From Craspedostauros australis (Eukaryota), in assembly GCA_030167865.1 (NCBI GenBank), contig JALAGF010004851.1, forward strand, positions 1-64,000: 64,000 nucleotides of DNA. The letters are read 5' to 3'. Below the pieces are notes generated by a model that ran no database searches, was not told where the DNA came from, and saw only the letters and a program-made list of their open reading frames with translations. Made by a program: the position numbers and the translations under genes. This document shows, in pieces, positions 1 through 9,205 of the stretch; position 1 is the first letter of the stretch; every line of letters starts with the position of its first letter.

Positions 1-196
1 GGCAGAGAATGATGACAGCAAGGTTGAGCTATCAGCTGCCGAGATAGAACGGCGGAGGAAACGGAATGCGAAGAAGCGAGCGAAGCGGAAGGCGGCGAAA
101 TCGAAGCAGGAAGATGGAGACGAAGTCAAAGTTGAAGGTTCAGTGGTTGAAGCGGAGGTGGAGACGGAGGAGAAGAAGGATGGGAATGAACGTTGA
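1..196 (+). CDS. 3' end of a protein-coding gene (partial, charged K/E/R-rich C-terminus)
   Basis: Frame 2 is open from the window edge: AENDDSKVELSAAEIERRRKRNAKKRAKRKAAKSKQEDG...KKDGNER*, TGA at 194-196. Purine-rich, coding-like composition. Product not identifiable. Confidence 0.6.
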   Translation, partial: AENDDSKVELSAAEIERRRKRNAKKRAKRKAAKSKQEDGDEVKVEGSVVEAEVETEEKKDGNER

Positions 197-858
197 ACGC
201 TGAATGCTAAACTTTTGGTTGTGAGGATGGATGTTGATACAATACACTCATAGCAAAGCAAAGCAGATTAGAGCGGAGTAAACGTTTGTAGAATGTGCTT
301 TCTCTGGAGAGAGAGAGTGTATGCGTGTGTGTGCATGCTGTGTTGTGCTAGTAGAGGAGAAGGTATCGCTGCTGAGTTTGAGTTCAACGAGGTTAATTGT
401 ATTTCTATAGGGAATGGAGAGCGTAGTTGTGATGGTGCTCTGTATTGGTAGTTGTACGGACATGCCAGTCGTACCAGAGTATCCATGTGTTGGAGCGTGT
501 TTATCAACGTTTTTTTCTGTTGTGAGATGATTGCTTGTGATGTAGGGGAGTGACGTGTGATGTGTGGAGGAAAGGTAAGCTGGCAAGATGGTGCATTCAA
601 AAGGACAAGGTCGGGCAAAGCAACAACTGTCGCCGGTCCCAAGTCGTTCGCTTGCCGTTACGAGTTGCCACAAGCAATGGTATTGTTCACGGACAATGCA
701 AAGCGCAGGGGATGGGTTAGTCTGTCGATATGATGCACGAGCACAACCAGTTCCCTCGCGTATCACTGGATTGATGCATCGTTCATCACTTCATATGTAG
801 GACGACAGGTGGAGGCGCCGTCCATCCATTGTCTGACGCATTTGGCTTGGTTTGGTTG

Positions 859-902
859 CTTTGTGTGGTTGAGTAGGAACAAAAGTTCCTTGTTTGTTTG
901 TT
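859..902 (-). promoter_or_regulatory. Conserved histone 3' element downstream of H2B (stem-loop AGGAAC-TTTT-GTTCCT at 890-875)
   Basis: Reverse complement is identical over 44 bp to 3537-3580 downstream of H2A. 6-bp stem with 4-nt T loop, A-rich 5' flank and ACTCA 3' flank. Confidence 0.7.
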
Positions 903-1179
903 TGTTTGTTTGTGTTTGTTGTTTTGTTTCTGTGTTGTTTTGTCTTCGTTTTGGCCGTAAGTTGACTGCAGTAATCAGTTGCTGATGCCTGTGGTTGGTA
1001 TTGTTGGTTCAAAGATGGATGGCACACATGTCATGCGCAACAGCCACACGACAAGCTCCGATGAATTCACATCGCTTCTCATCGTGTACTGCTACTTCAT
1101 GGTTCCACGGTTCACACCCACCTGGTCCTTGCACCATCCAAGTCTCAGTCGATCATACAGCATTGCTTCGGTACAACGC

Positions 1180-1533
1180 TTAGCTGGAGCTGAACTTGGT
1201 CACAGCCTTGGTTCCCTCAGAGACGGCGTGCTTGGCCAACTCTCCTGGAAGCATCAGGCGGACGGCAGTCTGGATCTCTCGTGAAGACAGAGTGGCCTTC
1301 TTGTTGTATGTGGCGAGCTTTCCTGCCTCGGTGGCGATACGCTCGAAGATATCGTTGATGAAGGAGTTCATGATGGACATTCCCTTCTTGGAGATTCCGG
1401 TATCTGGGTGGACCTGCTTCAGGACCTTGTAGATGTAAGACGAGTATGTCTCGGTACGCTTCTTGGACTTGGAGGATCCGGTGGATGCCTTCTTTGGTGT
1501 CTTGGCGGATTGCTTGGAGGGAGTCTTGGCCAT
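1180..1533 (-). CDS. H2B: Histone H2B
   Basis: MAKTPSKQ...[42 protein letters not shown]...[20 protein letters not shown] is the canonical H2B core. ATG at 1533 is directly preceded by TTGCAG. Likely 5'UTR intron 1729-1534 (AAG|GTAAGC donor). Confidence 0.98.
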   Translation of the reverse strand: MAKTPSKQSAKTPKKASTGSSKSKKRTETYSSYIYKVLKQVHPDTGISKKGMSIMNSFINDIFERIATEAGKLATYNKKATLSSREIQTAVRLMLPGELAKHAVSEGTKAVTKFSSS

Positions 1534-2048
1534 CTGCAAGTGTTATACGTGAATGTGGTGAAATTGGATGAAGAAGGAAGGGGAGTACAGTATAACAGGG
1601 ACATGTGAGAAATCGGCGTTGATTCATCATGCATTGTGCACAAGTGGATTTCGATCAATTGTCCAAGGGAATTGGGTATCGCTGATGCTTGTATTGTTCC
1701 TTTACGTTATCCTTTGTGTCATTGCTTACCTTGTCAGTTGTTTGGTTGTTTGGTTGTAGTGGTGGTGATTGTTGATTTGAAAGTTGTTCAATTCGGTTTT
1801 ATGTTTGGACAAATGAACTTGTTTGTGTTTGAGGCAAAGACTTGGATGCGATGGAGTGCCAAGAAGGTGTTTTGTTGTGTTTGTTGTGTTTGTTGGTGGG
1901 AGAGATGGTGATAACGATGGAGATGATGATGATGATGATGATCTCAACGGCACGATTGTTGTTGGTGTCGTGCTTCTTGTCTGTGTCTCCTTGTTGTTGT
2001 TGTTCGATGTGGGTTTGGTCTGGTTCTGTTGCTGCTGATCGCTTTGGT

Positions 2049-2600
2049 TTCGATTTCTCTGTTCGCAGTTGCGTCCAGTATCGTGGTCTCGAACTCGACC
2101 ACCACAAACAAGTGACACCAACGACGTGGACGAATTGTGAATCGGCGCGCCATTCTGAAGTGCTCCAAAAGGGGGTGATGAGATATGGCGCGTGACTGTA
2201 ATATTGCGGGGTGGGATGTCGACAGGTTGGAATCGGCGAAGCAATGATGTACTGTGATGTGTAGATATATACGTGAGAAAGTGGCGCGCCCATCCCCGAA
2301 TGATGATATACTACGGGGGTGATATTGTTCAATCACGAACAATCGACCCCGATTTTGTTGTTCTCATTCGTGACCTGACTGATCACGACGCGCTCGTTTC
2401 GAATTTGACCAAGAGAGCGTGTGGGAACGGGCGCTTCTGTTTGCCGTTTGTTGTTGACGTTTCTGTCTCCTTGTTGTCTCTGTCTTGTTTCGCCTCTCTT
2501 GTGATCTCTCGTTCGCTGTGTTTCTTCCTTTTGGTCGCTTCACTCTGTTGCACTCCCACCACTCCACAACAGCAACAAACACGACAACAGAGACATCGAA
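2049..2600. promoter_or_regulatory. Bidirectional H2B/H2A promoter region
   Basis: Lies between head-to-head histone genes. GGCGCGCC at 2144 and 2283, GGGGGTGAT at 2171 and 2315, and mirrored AACAGAGA[A/C]ATCGAA at 2063-2049 (-) and 2586-2600 (+). Confidence 0.55.
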
Positions 2601-2701
2601 CTGTGCTGATCTGTTCATAAAACCAAACAACATCAATTTGCAACAGCAAACGAATTCACAAACACTCACCCAATCTACAACAACAAACAAACACATCAAT
2701 C

Positions 2702-3270
2702 ATGTCTGGTAAGTGTTGATGAAGTTGGAGTTCTGTGCGTACATGCACGTTTGTGTGTGTGCGATGTCGAATGTGTTCTGTTTGCAACGAAAGTGACCGT
2801 GACTGCCATCGCTCTTGTGACAACCATTCCACCCTGACTTCTCACACCCATCGCCATTCCTCTTCCATCTCACACCAACCATTCAACACATGACAACAAC
2901 AGGAAAAGGAAAAGGAGGCCGTGGCGAAAAGAAGGCCACAAGCGCATCTGCCAAGGCAGGACTTCAGTTCCCAGTCGGTCGTATCGGACGATACTTGCGT
3001 CAAGGAAAGTACGCCACACGAATGGGAGCAGGTGCCCCAGTGTACCTTGCTGCCGTTCTCGAGTACCTTTGCGCCGAGATTCTTGAGCTTGCAGGCAACG
3101 CCGCCCGTGACAACAAGAAGAGCCGTATTGTGCCGCGTCACATCACTCTGGCCGTGAAGAACGATGAGGAGCTGAACAGACTGCTGGGAGGAGTGACCAT
3201 TGCTAGCGGTGGTGTGCTGCCCAACATCCACGCAGTGCTTCTGCCAAAGAAGTCTTCTAGCAGCAAATAA
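2702..3270 (+). CDS. H2A: Histone H2A (2 exons: 2702-2708, 2903-3270)
   Basis: ATGTCTG|GTAAGT...ACAG|GAAAAGGA splices to MSGKGKGGR. Contains [24 protein letters not shown] and [15 protein letters not shown]. No C-terminal SQ motif. Confidence 0.98.
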
Positions 3271-3536
3271 GCGCTGGATGTCAACGCTCTCAATTGAAGG
3301 ACAACGACGGAGAGAAACATGGGGAGACTGATAGATTGATTGATGGCAACTGCGATTGCACTGATGCGTGGTGTTGAGAAAGGCCATGCACTACCATACT
3401 CTACAATGAGATGGCGTGGCATGACTTCACCGATACCACCACCAGCATCACATCCATCTGTCCAACCACTCATCCCCACAACTCCATGACAATTGCAGAC
3501 ACACAAACAAACAGAAAACAAAAACATACAAACAAC

Positions 3537-3580
3537 AACAAACAAACAAGGAACTTTTGTTCCTACTCAACCACACAAAG
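3537..3580 (+). promoter_or_regulatory. Conserved histone 3' element downstream of H2A (stem-loop AGGAAC-TTTT-GTTCCT at 3549-3564)
   Basis: AACAAACAAACA-AGGAAC-TTTT-GTTCCT-ACTCAACCACACAAAG, identical to the reverse complement of 859-902. Confidence 0.7.
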
Positions 3581-4165
3581 ACACACACACACACACGTCC
3601 AAACTACCAGCTGACAACCAACAACATGAATCAATGCACATTGCCCCTCTACTCTCCACCTTCGACTCTTGTTCGTCCTGACACTTCCAAACCATTATTG
3701 TAGACAACCCACGCACACACGCAGATTGGCCTTACAGCACTCTCAATACACCCAATAGACTTAACTTTCATCACTTCACACAACTACACTCTCCATATGA
3801 TTTTACTCGTACCGACACTTGTTATAACCCAGCCACCACAGCAGCACGCTGCAGAAGTCACATGCCCAACAATTCAAACAAGAAATCAACACAACAAAAG
3901 ATACCTGTCGTACTCACGCAATACATCCAGTCCCTCGACACATCACCATCTCGTGTCTCAAACATAATACTGTTCACACCCGTGTGACAACCAGACAATC
4001 ACCACCACACACATCAGCGCCATCCTCAACAAATTCACGAAACACAACAGAACAGAACAGAACGCTCCCACCACACTCATCCCCATCATCATCACTCTGC
4101 CATCATCGCCTCCACACTAACAACAACAACAATCCCGTCAATTATCAACCCAGACTCCAACCACC

Positions 4166-5556
4166 ATGACATCAACATCGACACCACCACAACGCATCAC
4201 CATCAGGTTCCCCGATGACTTCCATCACCACACCCGTGATGGACCTGCCACCGCTTCCATCCTCACCCATGCAACCAAGCGTTTCTCAAGATGTCTCTGC
4301 ATGCCAAACCTCAAGCCGCCGGTCGTCAACTCAAAGCTCGCTCTCGAATACAAACAACGCATCTTGGCTTCCATGCCAACTGCAACTGATGCAGATGGAG
4401 ATGCAGATGCAGATACAACAACGAGCAACTTCCAACCCCTCATGACCCTCTACCTCACAGACAAGACATCGCCGGAAGATATCAAGACAGCCAGCGAGCT
4501 CAAGAATGACGATGGCACCCCCACCATCATCGGTTGCAAGTACTACCCAGCTGGTGCAACCACCAACTCGGACTTCGGCGTCACGGACGTCAACAACCTC
4601 TATCCCGTGCTGGCCGAGATGCAGAAGGTGGGGATGATGTTGTGCATCCATTCGGAGGTCACCCATGCCGACATCTTCGAGAGGGAGCCGGTGTTCATCG
4701 AGGAGATCATGAAGCCGTTGGTGCGTGACTTCCCTACCCTCAAGATGACGATGGAGCACATTTCGACGAGGGAGGCTGTGGAGTATGTGATGTCTGCACC
4801 CTCCAACCTGAAAGCGAGCATCACATGCCATCATCTCATCTACAACAGGAATGGTAAGTGGCTGTGGTCGTGGTTGTGGTTGTGGCTGCAGATGTGGCTG
4901 CTATTGATCCACGGAATGGTTGCCGTTGATTCTGTGGATGGTTGGTGAAGTATTGGGACTGCCCATGTGATTCTATCCCACCGGTCGGCACGATCATGGC
5001 ACAGCGTAGTATGCAAACCATTGCAAGCTGTGACTCACACCACCCCATCTCTTTCCACCATCACAACCAACACTCCAATACACACTCACGTACACTCTCA
5101 CACACTCACTCACTCATTCATACACCCTCTATCACTTCAGATATGCTCGTTGGAGGCATCCGACCCCATCTCTACTGCCTCCCCATCCTCAAGGCGGAAG
5201 TGCACCGCCTCGCACTGGTGAAGGCAGCCACCAGCGGCAACCCCAAGTTCTTCCTTGGCACGGACTCTGCTCCTCACGTGACGGAGACGAAGGAGTCGGC
5301 ATGTGGATGCGCCGGAGTGTTTTCCGCGCACTGCTGCATCGAGATCTACGCGAGCGTGTTTGAGAAGGAGGGCAAGCTGGACAGGCTGGAGGACTTCTGC
5401 AGCTCGTTCGGTGCTGATCATTACGGTTTGGCTCGCAACACGCACACCTTGACGTTGAAGAAGAAGTCGTGGACTGTCCCGGAGACGTACGAGTTTGGTG
5501 AGAACACGGTGACTCCTTTGAAGGCGGGAGAGGAGATCGAATGGAGCATCGTGTGA
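4166..5556 (+). CDS. pyrC: Dihydroorotase, standalone homodimeric type (exons 4166-4853, 5141-5556)
   Basis: Motifs PDDFHHHTRDG, MPNLKPP, KYYPAGATTNS, EHIST, PHLYCLPILK, FLGTDSAPH, KESACGCAG. GT-AG intron 4854-5140 restores YNRN-D-MLVGG. Confidence 0.95.
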
Positions 5557-5981
5557 TCAAGCGCTTGTGGCCAAACACTTCCGGGTGGGTTTAAATGCTT
5601 CTCTTCCGTATCGCATGTCTAATGGTGCCTGTAAATAATGCATCATCAGAAACGCATCCCTCTCCACTCGATATAATCGTAGAGAGAAGCTTCCTTCTGC
5701 TCATACAATTACCATCATTGCTTGGGATCTAGATAGTCGTGGCTAGCCTGAAGTGCCATTCGGTCTTTTTGCGGCCTTTTCGTGACCAGTTCGTAGTACG
5801 TGGTTATCACGGTCCGCCAGTTCGGACGACATCACCCCACTTCAACTTTCATTTTCGCGTTGACCTCCGCAACAACAAAATCACAAACAGAAGCGAAAAC
5901 TCCACGAACTATTCCGTCCTTGTGCTTCCACAAACACAACACCACATCACATCGCATCATAACACCGACCTCACCGCCACC

Positions 5982-6440
5982 ATGGAACCTGAACACAGAC
6001 TGAAGACTTTGGACGAGGCCGTCGCCCGCCTCGAGGCTCTCAAGGGAACCAAGCTGGTTTCGGAATTGGAATGGAGCCCATTCAAGGTGCTTTCCCATTG
6101 CGCGGAGAGCATCGAATACTCCACGAGCGAGTACCCCGAGTACAAGCCATGGTTGTACCGTGCCACCGTCGGCAAGCTGGCGTTGGTGGTCTTCAAGCAA
6201 CGTGGATACCTCAACCACAGCCTCTTGGAATCCGTGGCAGGCGCGCCTGAGATTCCAGATGATGGCGACAACGACGAGGCACTCGATCGTTTGCTGACAG
6301 CGATCGACAAGTTCCAAAAGTACGACGGCGACGTCGCGGAACACTTCGTGTTTGGAACGGTGACCAAGCCCGAATACGATTACCTGCATGCCATGCACAT
6401 CGCCGATCATCTCCTCAAGCTCAAGTCTGCGTCCACCTAG
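5982..6440 (+). CDS. DUF1569 / DinB-superfamily protein (152 aa, intronless)
   Basis: W..KVLSHCAESIEYS...YP, H.L.E..AGAP, H F.FG..TK.EY..LHAMHIADHL match my recollection of bacterial DUF1569 proteins. ATG in a CA-rich leader context (ccgccaccATG). Confidence 0.8.
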   Translation: MEPEHRLKTLDEAVARLEALKGTKLVSELEWSPFKVLSHCAESIEYSTSEYPEYKPWLYRATVGKLALVVFKQRGYLNHSLLESVAGAPEIPDDGDNDEALDRLLTAIDKFQKYDGDVAEHFVFGTVTKPEYDYLHAMHIADHLLKLKSAST

Positions 6441-6482
6441 AGAGACACAAACACACACACAGAGAGAGACACAGAGAGAGAG
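6441..6482 (+). repeat. Compound (CA)/(GA) microsatellite
   Basis: agagacacaaacacacacacagagagagacacagagagagag directly after the DUF1569 stop. Confidence 0.7.
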
Positions 6483-6669
6483 CGAGGAGTCGCTATCCTC
6501 GGTGAACAATGGACGTTCCTGCCTTGGGGGGACAGATTGAAATTAAAAAGCCTCTGCAGGGTGCCAAGCCAACGAAGAAAATGAATTTCACCTCGGTGGC
6601 TTTTGGGGCAAGTTGCGCTGCCTATGGCAACACTGTCCGGAAGTCATGCTCGAACATGAGGATACCGCA

Positions 6670-6790
6670 AAAGGTTCAGCACAAGAACAACAATGGCTTG
6701 ACGGGAAGATGCACGGCAAGGGAGTGTTGCTGTGCTGCGGAACTGCTGCTGTGTCAGAGCATTGGGAGAGCGAGAAAAAGCAACAAGGTG
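6670..6790 (+). pseudogene. Possible degenerate MORN-repeat fragment
   Basis: Translates as GSAQEQQWLDGKMHGKGVLLCCGTAAVSEHWESEKKQ, resembling the MORN consensus YEGQWxDGKMHGKGV...YEGxWxxGKK. No convincing complete gene. Confidence 0.35.
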
Positions 6791-7424
6791 AAAACCAGAT
6801 ACAGAAGAAAAGTACGCTCATCGTGCAAGGAGCGCAGCAAAGCAAGCAACAGCTGACAGCAGTATCACTCTGCGAGTACTATTATGATGAAGAGACCAAT
6901 CATTGCTTGCAGTCTCTTCTTTTCTATAATATGATAATATAATTTATTGACCATGTTGCATTCTTGTTCCACGCAGCCTCCGCAAGAGGTACACATGCAA
7001 GGACGGCAATGTGTGAATACTTGTCCATTGTTGTCGCAGACTATCTCAGACATTCGTTTCAAAAGCTTGCAGTGAAGCTGCCCTACGTGCCTCCAGCGAT
7101 TCCATACCCATGAAGTGGAATGGGAATCAAACGCTGCGCTCTCTTGGAGCCAAATGTACTGCTCTATTACAGTCTGTGCGAAACAAGCAAGGAGAGATAA
7201 TGTGATTGCATGCTCAACCCCCCAGTTGTTCGTGGGTTGCTGCTCTTTCGTATGTTGTATGGTCGAGTTGGCCCGGTGGACGCAGGGCTCCTTCAGCAAC
7301 AGCGCACTGCCTCTTTTGAAACTTGGTGCTACGCCATCGCCACGGCCGGTGTGTCACCAGCAGCGTCTGCAAGACTCTTCCGATTCAATGATCGATAGTA
7401 GAATACGTGGCATCTTCCACGTCG

Positions 7425-7778
7425 TTACTCGGCCATGGGCTGCACATGAACGACGTTGCGTTTCTTGTTGGTGGGCAAGCGCGTCATCATGACGACACCA
7501 GGTTGCTTGGCGAAGAGGGTATGATCGTTGCCCATCCCGACGTTATCACCAGCGCGGAACTTCTGGCCACGTTGCCGCACGAGGATCGATCCTGCCTTGG
7601 CGCGCTGGCCAGGGAATATCTTGATTCCCAATCGGCGTCCGATGGAATCGCGGCCGTTCGACGTGGAGCCGCCGGCCTTCTTGGTGGCCATGCCGCGCAC
7701 GGCAGTGTGAGTGCTCTGCAAAGGAGCAGCCGCTATCCGGCCGAACAGTCTCTGCGTGGTTCCAACCGCCGCGTTCAT
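7425..7778 (-). CDS. mrpL27: Mitochondrial ribosomal protein bL27
   Basis: [24 protein letters not shown]...GSILVRQRG...[12 protein letters not shown]. Arg-rich, acid-free N-terminal presequence ([17 protein letters not shown]...AVRG). Confidence 0.92.
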   Translation of the reverse strand: MNAAVGTTQRLFGRIAAAPLQSTHTAVRGMATKKAGGSTSNGRDSIGRRLGIKIFPGQRAKAGSILVRQRGQKFRAGDNVGMGNDHTLFAKQPGVVMMTRLPTNKKRNVVHVQPMAE

Positions 7779-9205
7779 TGTACCTTGCTGCGAATAATAT
7801 CTGTGGAGTATCGTACTCTCGTTGACTTCTTTGCTGCGCCGTGTGGGCTTTGAGTGAAATGCTTGATTGCTGCAGGAACGTTCTCGACAAGCACTCTGCT
7901 CGTACATGTACTGCTACTCGCGCACCATCGATGAATGAATGCGAGGATGATGCTCATTGATGTCATCTTGGTATTGCTGCGTCATCGTCCATGGCGGTGT
8001 TGATTTGATGTCTTCGCGTGCGAGCCATGTGGTCTTTGTGTGCGTTGGCGCAAGCATCGATCCTTTCATTGCGGACACATGTACGGACGGTTTATGTGAC
8101 TATTATATGTGACTCGATCGATCAGAATGCTCCGGAACAGCTTTCCAAAAGGACGTTCTGCCATCTGCTTGAAGCAGACACAGAAAAGACATGGATGGTT
8201 AACGCATCGTGTTCTGTTTGAGATGTGAACAGAAGCCACACAAGATTGCTGGTGTCAAGCGAAGAGAGATTTGGGCGCACCAAAGAACAAGGGCCGGGTT
8301 TCGGTTCTGATGGGTGCTTCTCTTCTCTTTGTTCGTATCTTCGCCTCGTTCTCTGTCTGCTCCACTCACGGAGAGAGTGGCGGTTGTGGCCTTGTGGTGT
8401 CCGCATCGAGATGTCATGGTTGTGTCTTGTCCCCCTCGCGTGTTGTTGCCTTGCATAGTGTGAGATCTCATCGCTTCTCCGCGATCCGCTTCTGATTCCA
8501 CAGAACAACAACAGGCACCGAATGGTACCGACTGGTATCAACAGCCCACTGCGACGGCAACAGCAACAACAACAAGGGAGGAGGCGCGAGTCAAGGGACC
8601 TCACAAACACAGCCACCAACCGTACCGAGAACACACAAGATTGACATCAGCGCGACTGTCGCTGCTACTGCCGACACCAACACATCATCAACACAGCATC
8701 AACACAGCATCAACACAAACGTGTTCGCGAACGTACTCGCAGACGGAAGCTCACGCAGAACAACAAACGAGAAGAAAACCAGAAGCCGTCCAGAAAGGGC
8801 CTCCCACAAAATCAAAGGTATCACCACCAACACAACATCAGCGACACCACAACAGGAGATCTCCGTTCCGTGCTCCGTCGAATCCGCCGTTCGGTTTTGC
8901 ATCCATCAGACTTCTGCTTGACACCCACATCTCCGACAGAACCCAACGACTGCTGGATCGCCACATTCAAGCAGCTCAAGGCGACAGAGAAAGACGAGCA
9001 AACGAGATCATAATCGATCATAGGCCAAAGCAGCAGGGCATCCCCACACAATCAAACCGCGCCAGCATCAGCAACCATACCAGCGACAGCATTAGCAACC
9101 TTATCAGCAACAAGCCACAACAGCATCATCGTCTACTAATACAACGGCAGCATTCGCAAGCAATACCCACGACCATCGCCAAGCGTCAACCATCAAGCAT
9201 CAAGC

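Noticed and set aside
1726-2342. Several 130-180-aa ORFs between the histone genes
   Set aside because: Low-complexity translations of CA/GT-rich leader and promoter DNA.
2300-2383. ATGATGA...CTGA pair suggesting a box C/D snoRNA
   Set aside because: It lies in the centre of the bidirectional promoter, with no terminal stem or recognisable guide.
859-3580. 44-bp inverted repeats as transposon TIRs capturing the histone pair
   Set aside because: No target-site duplication or transposase is evident. The repeats sit at matching distances from each stop codon and centre on a hairpin, which fits an RNA element better. Not fully excluded.
1180-5556. Histones next to dihydroorotase as an S-phase gene cluster
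   Set aside because: Adjacency alone gives no evidence, and no shared promoter motif was found upstream of pyrC.
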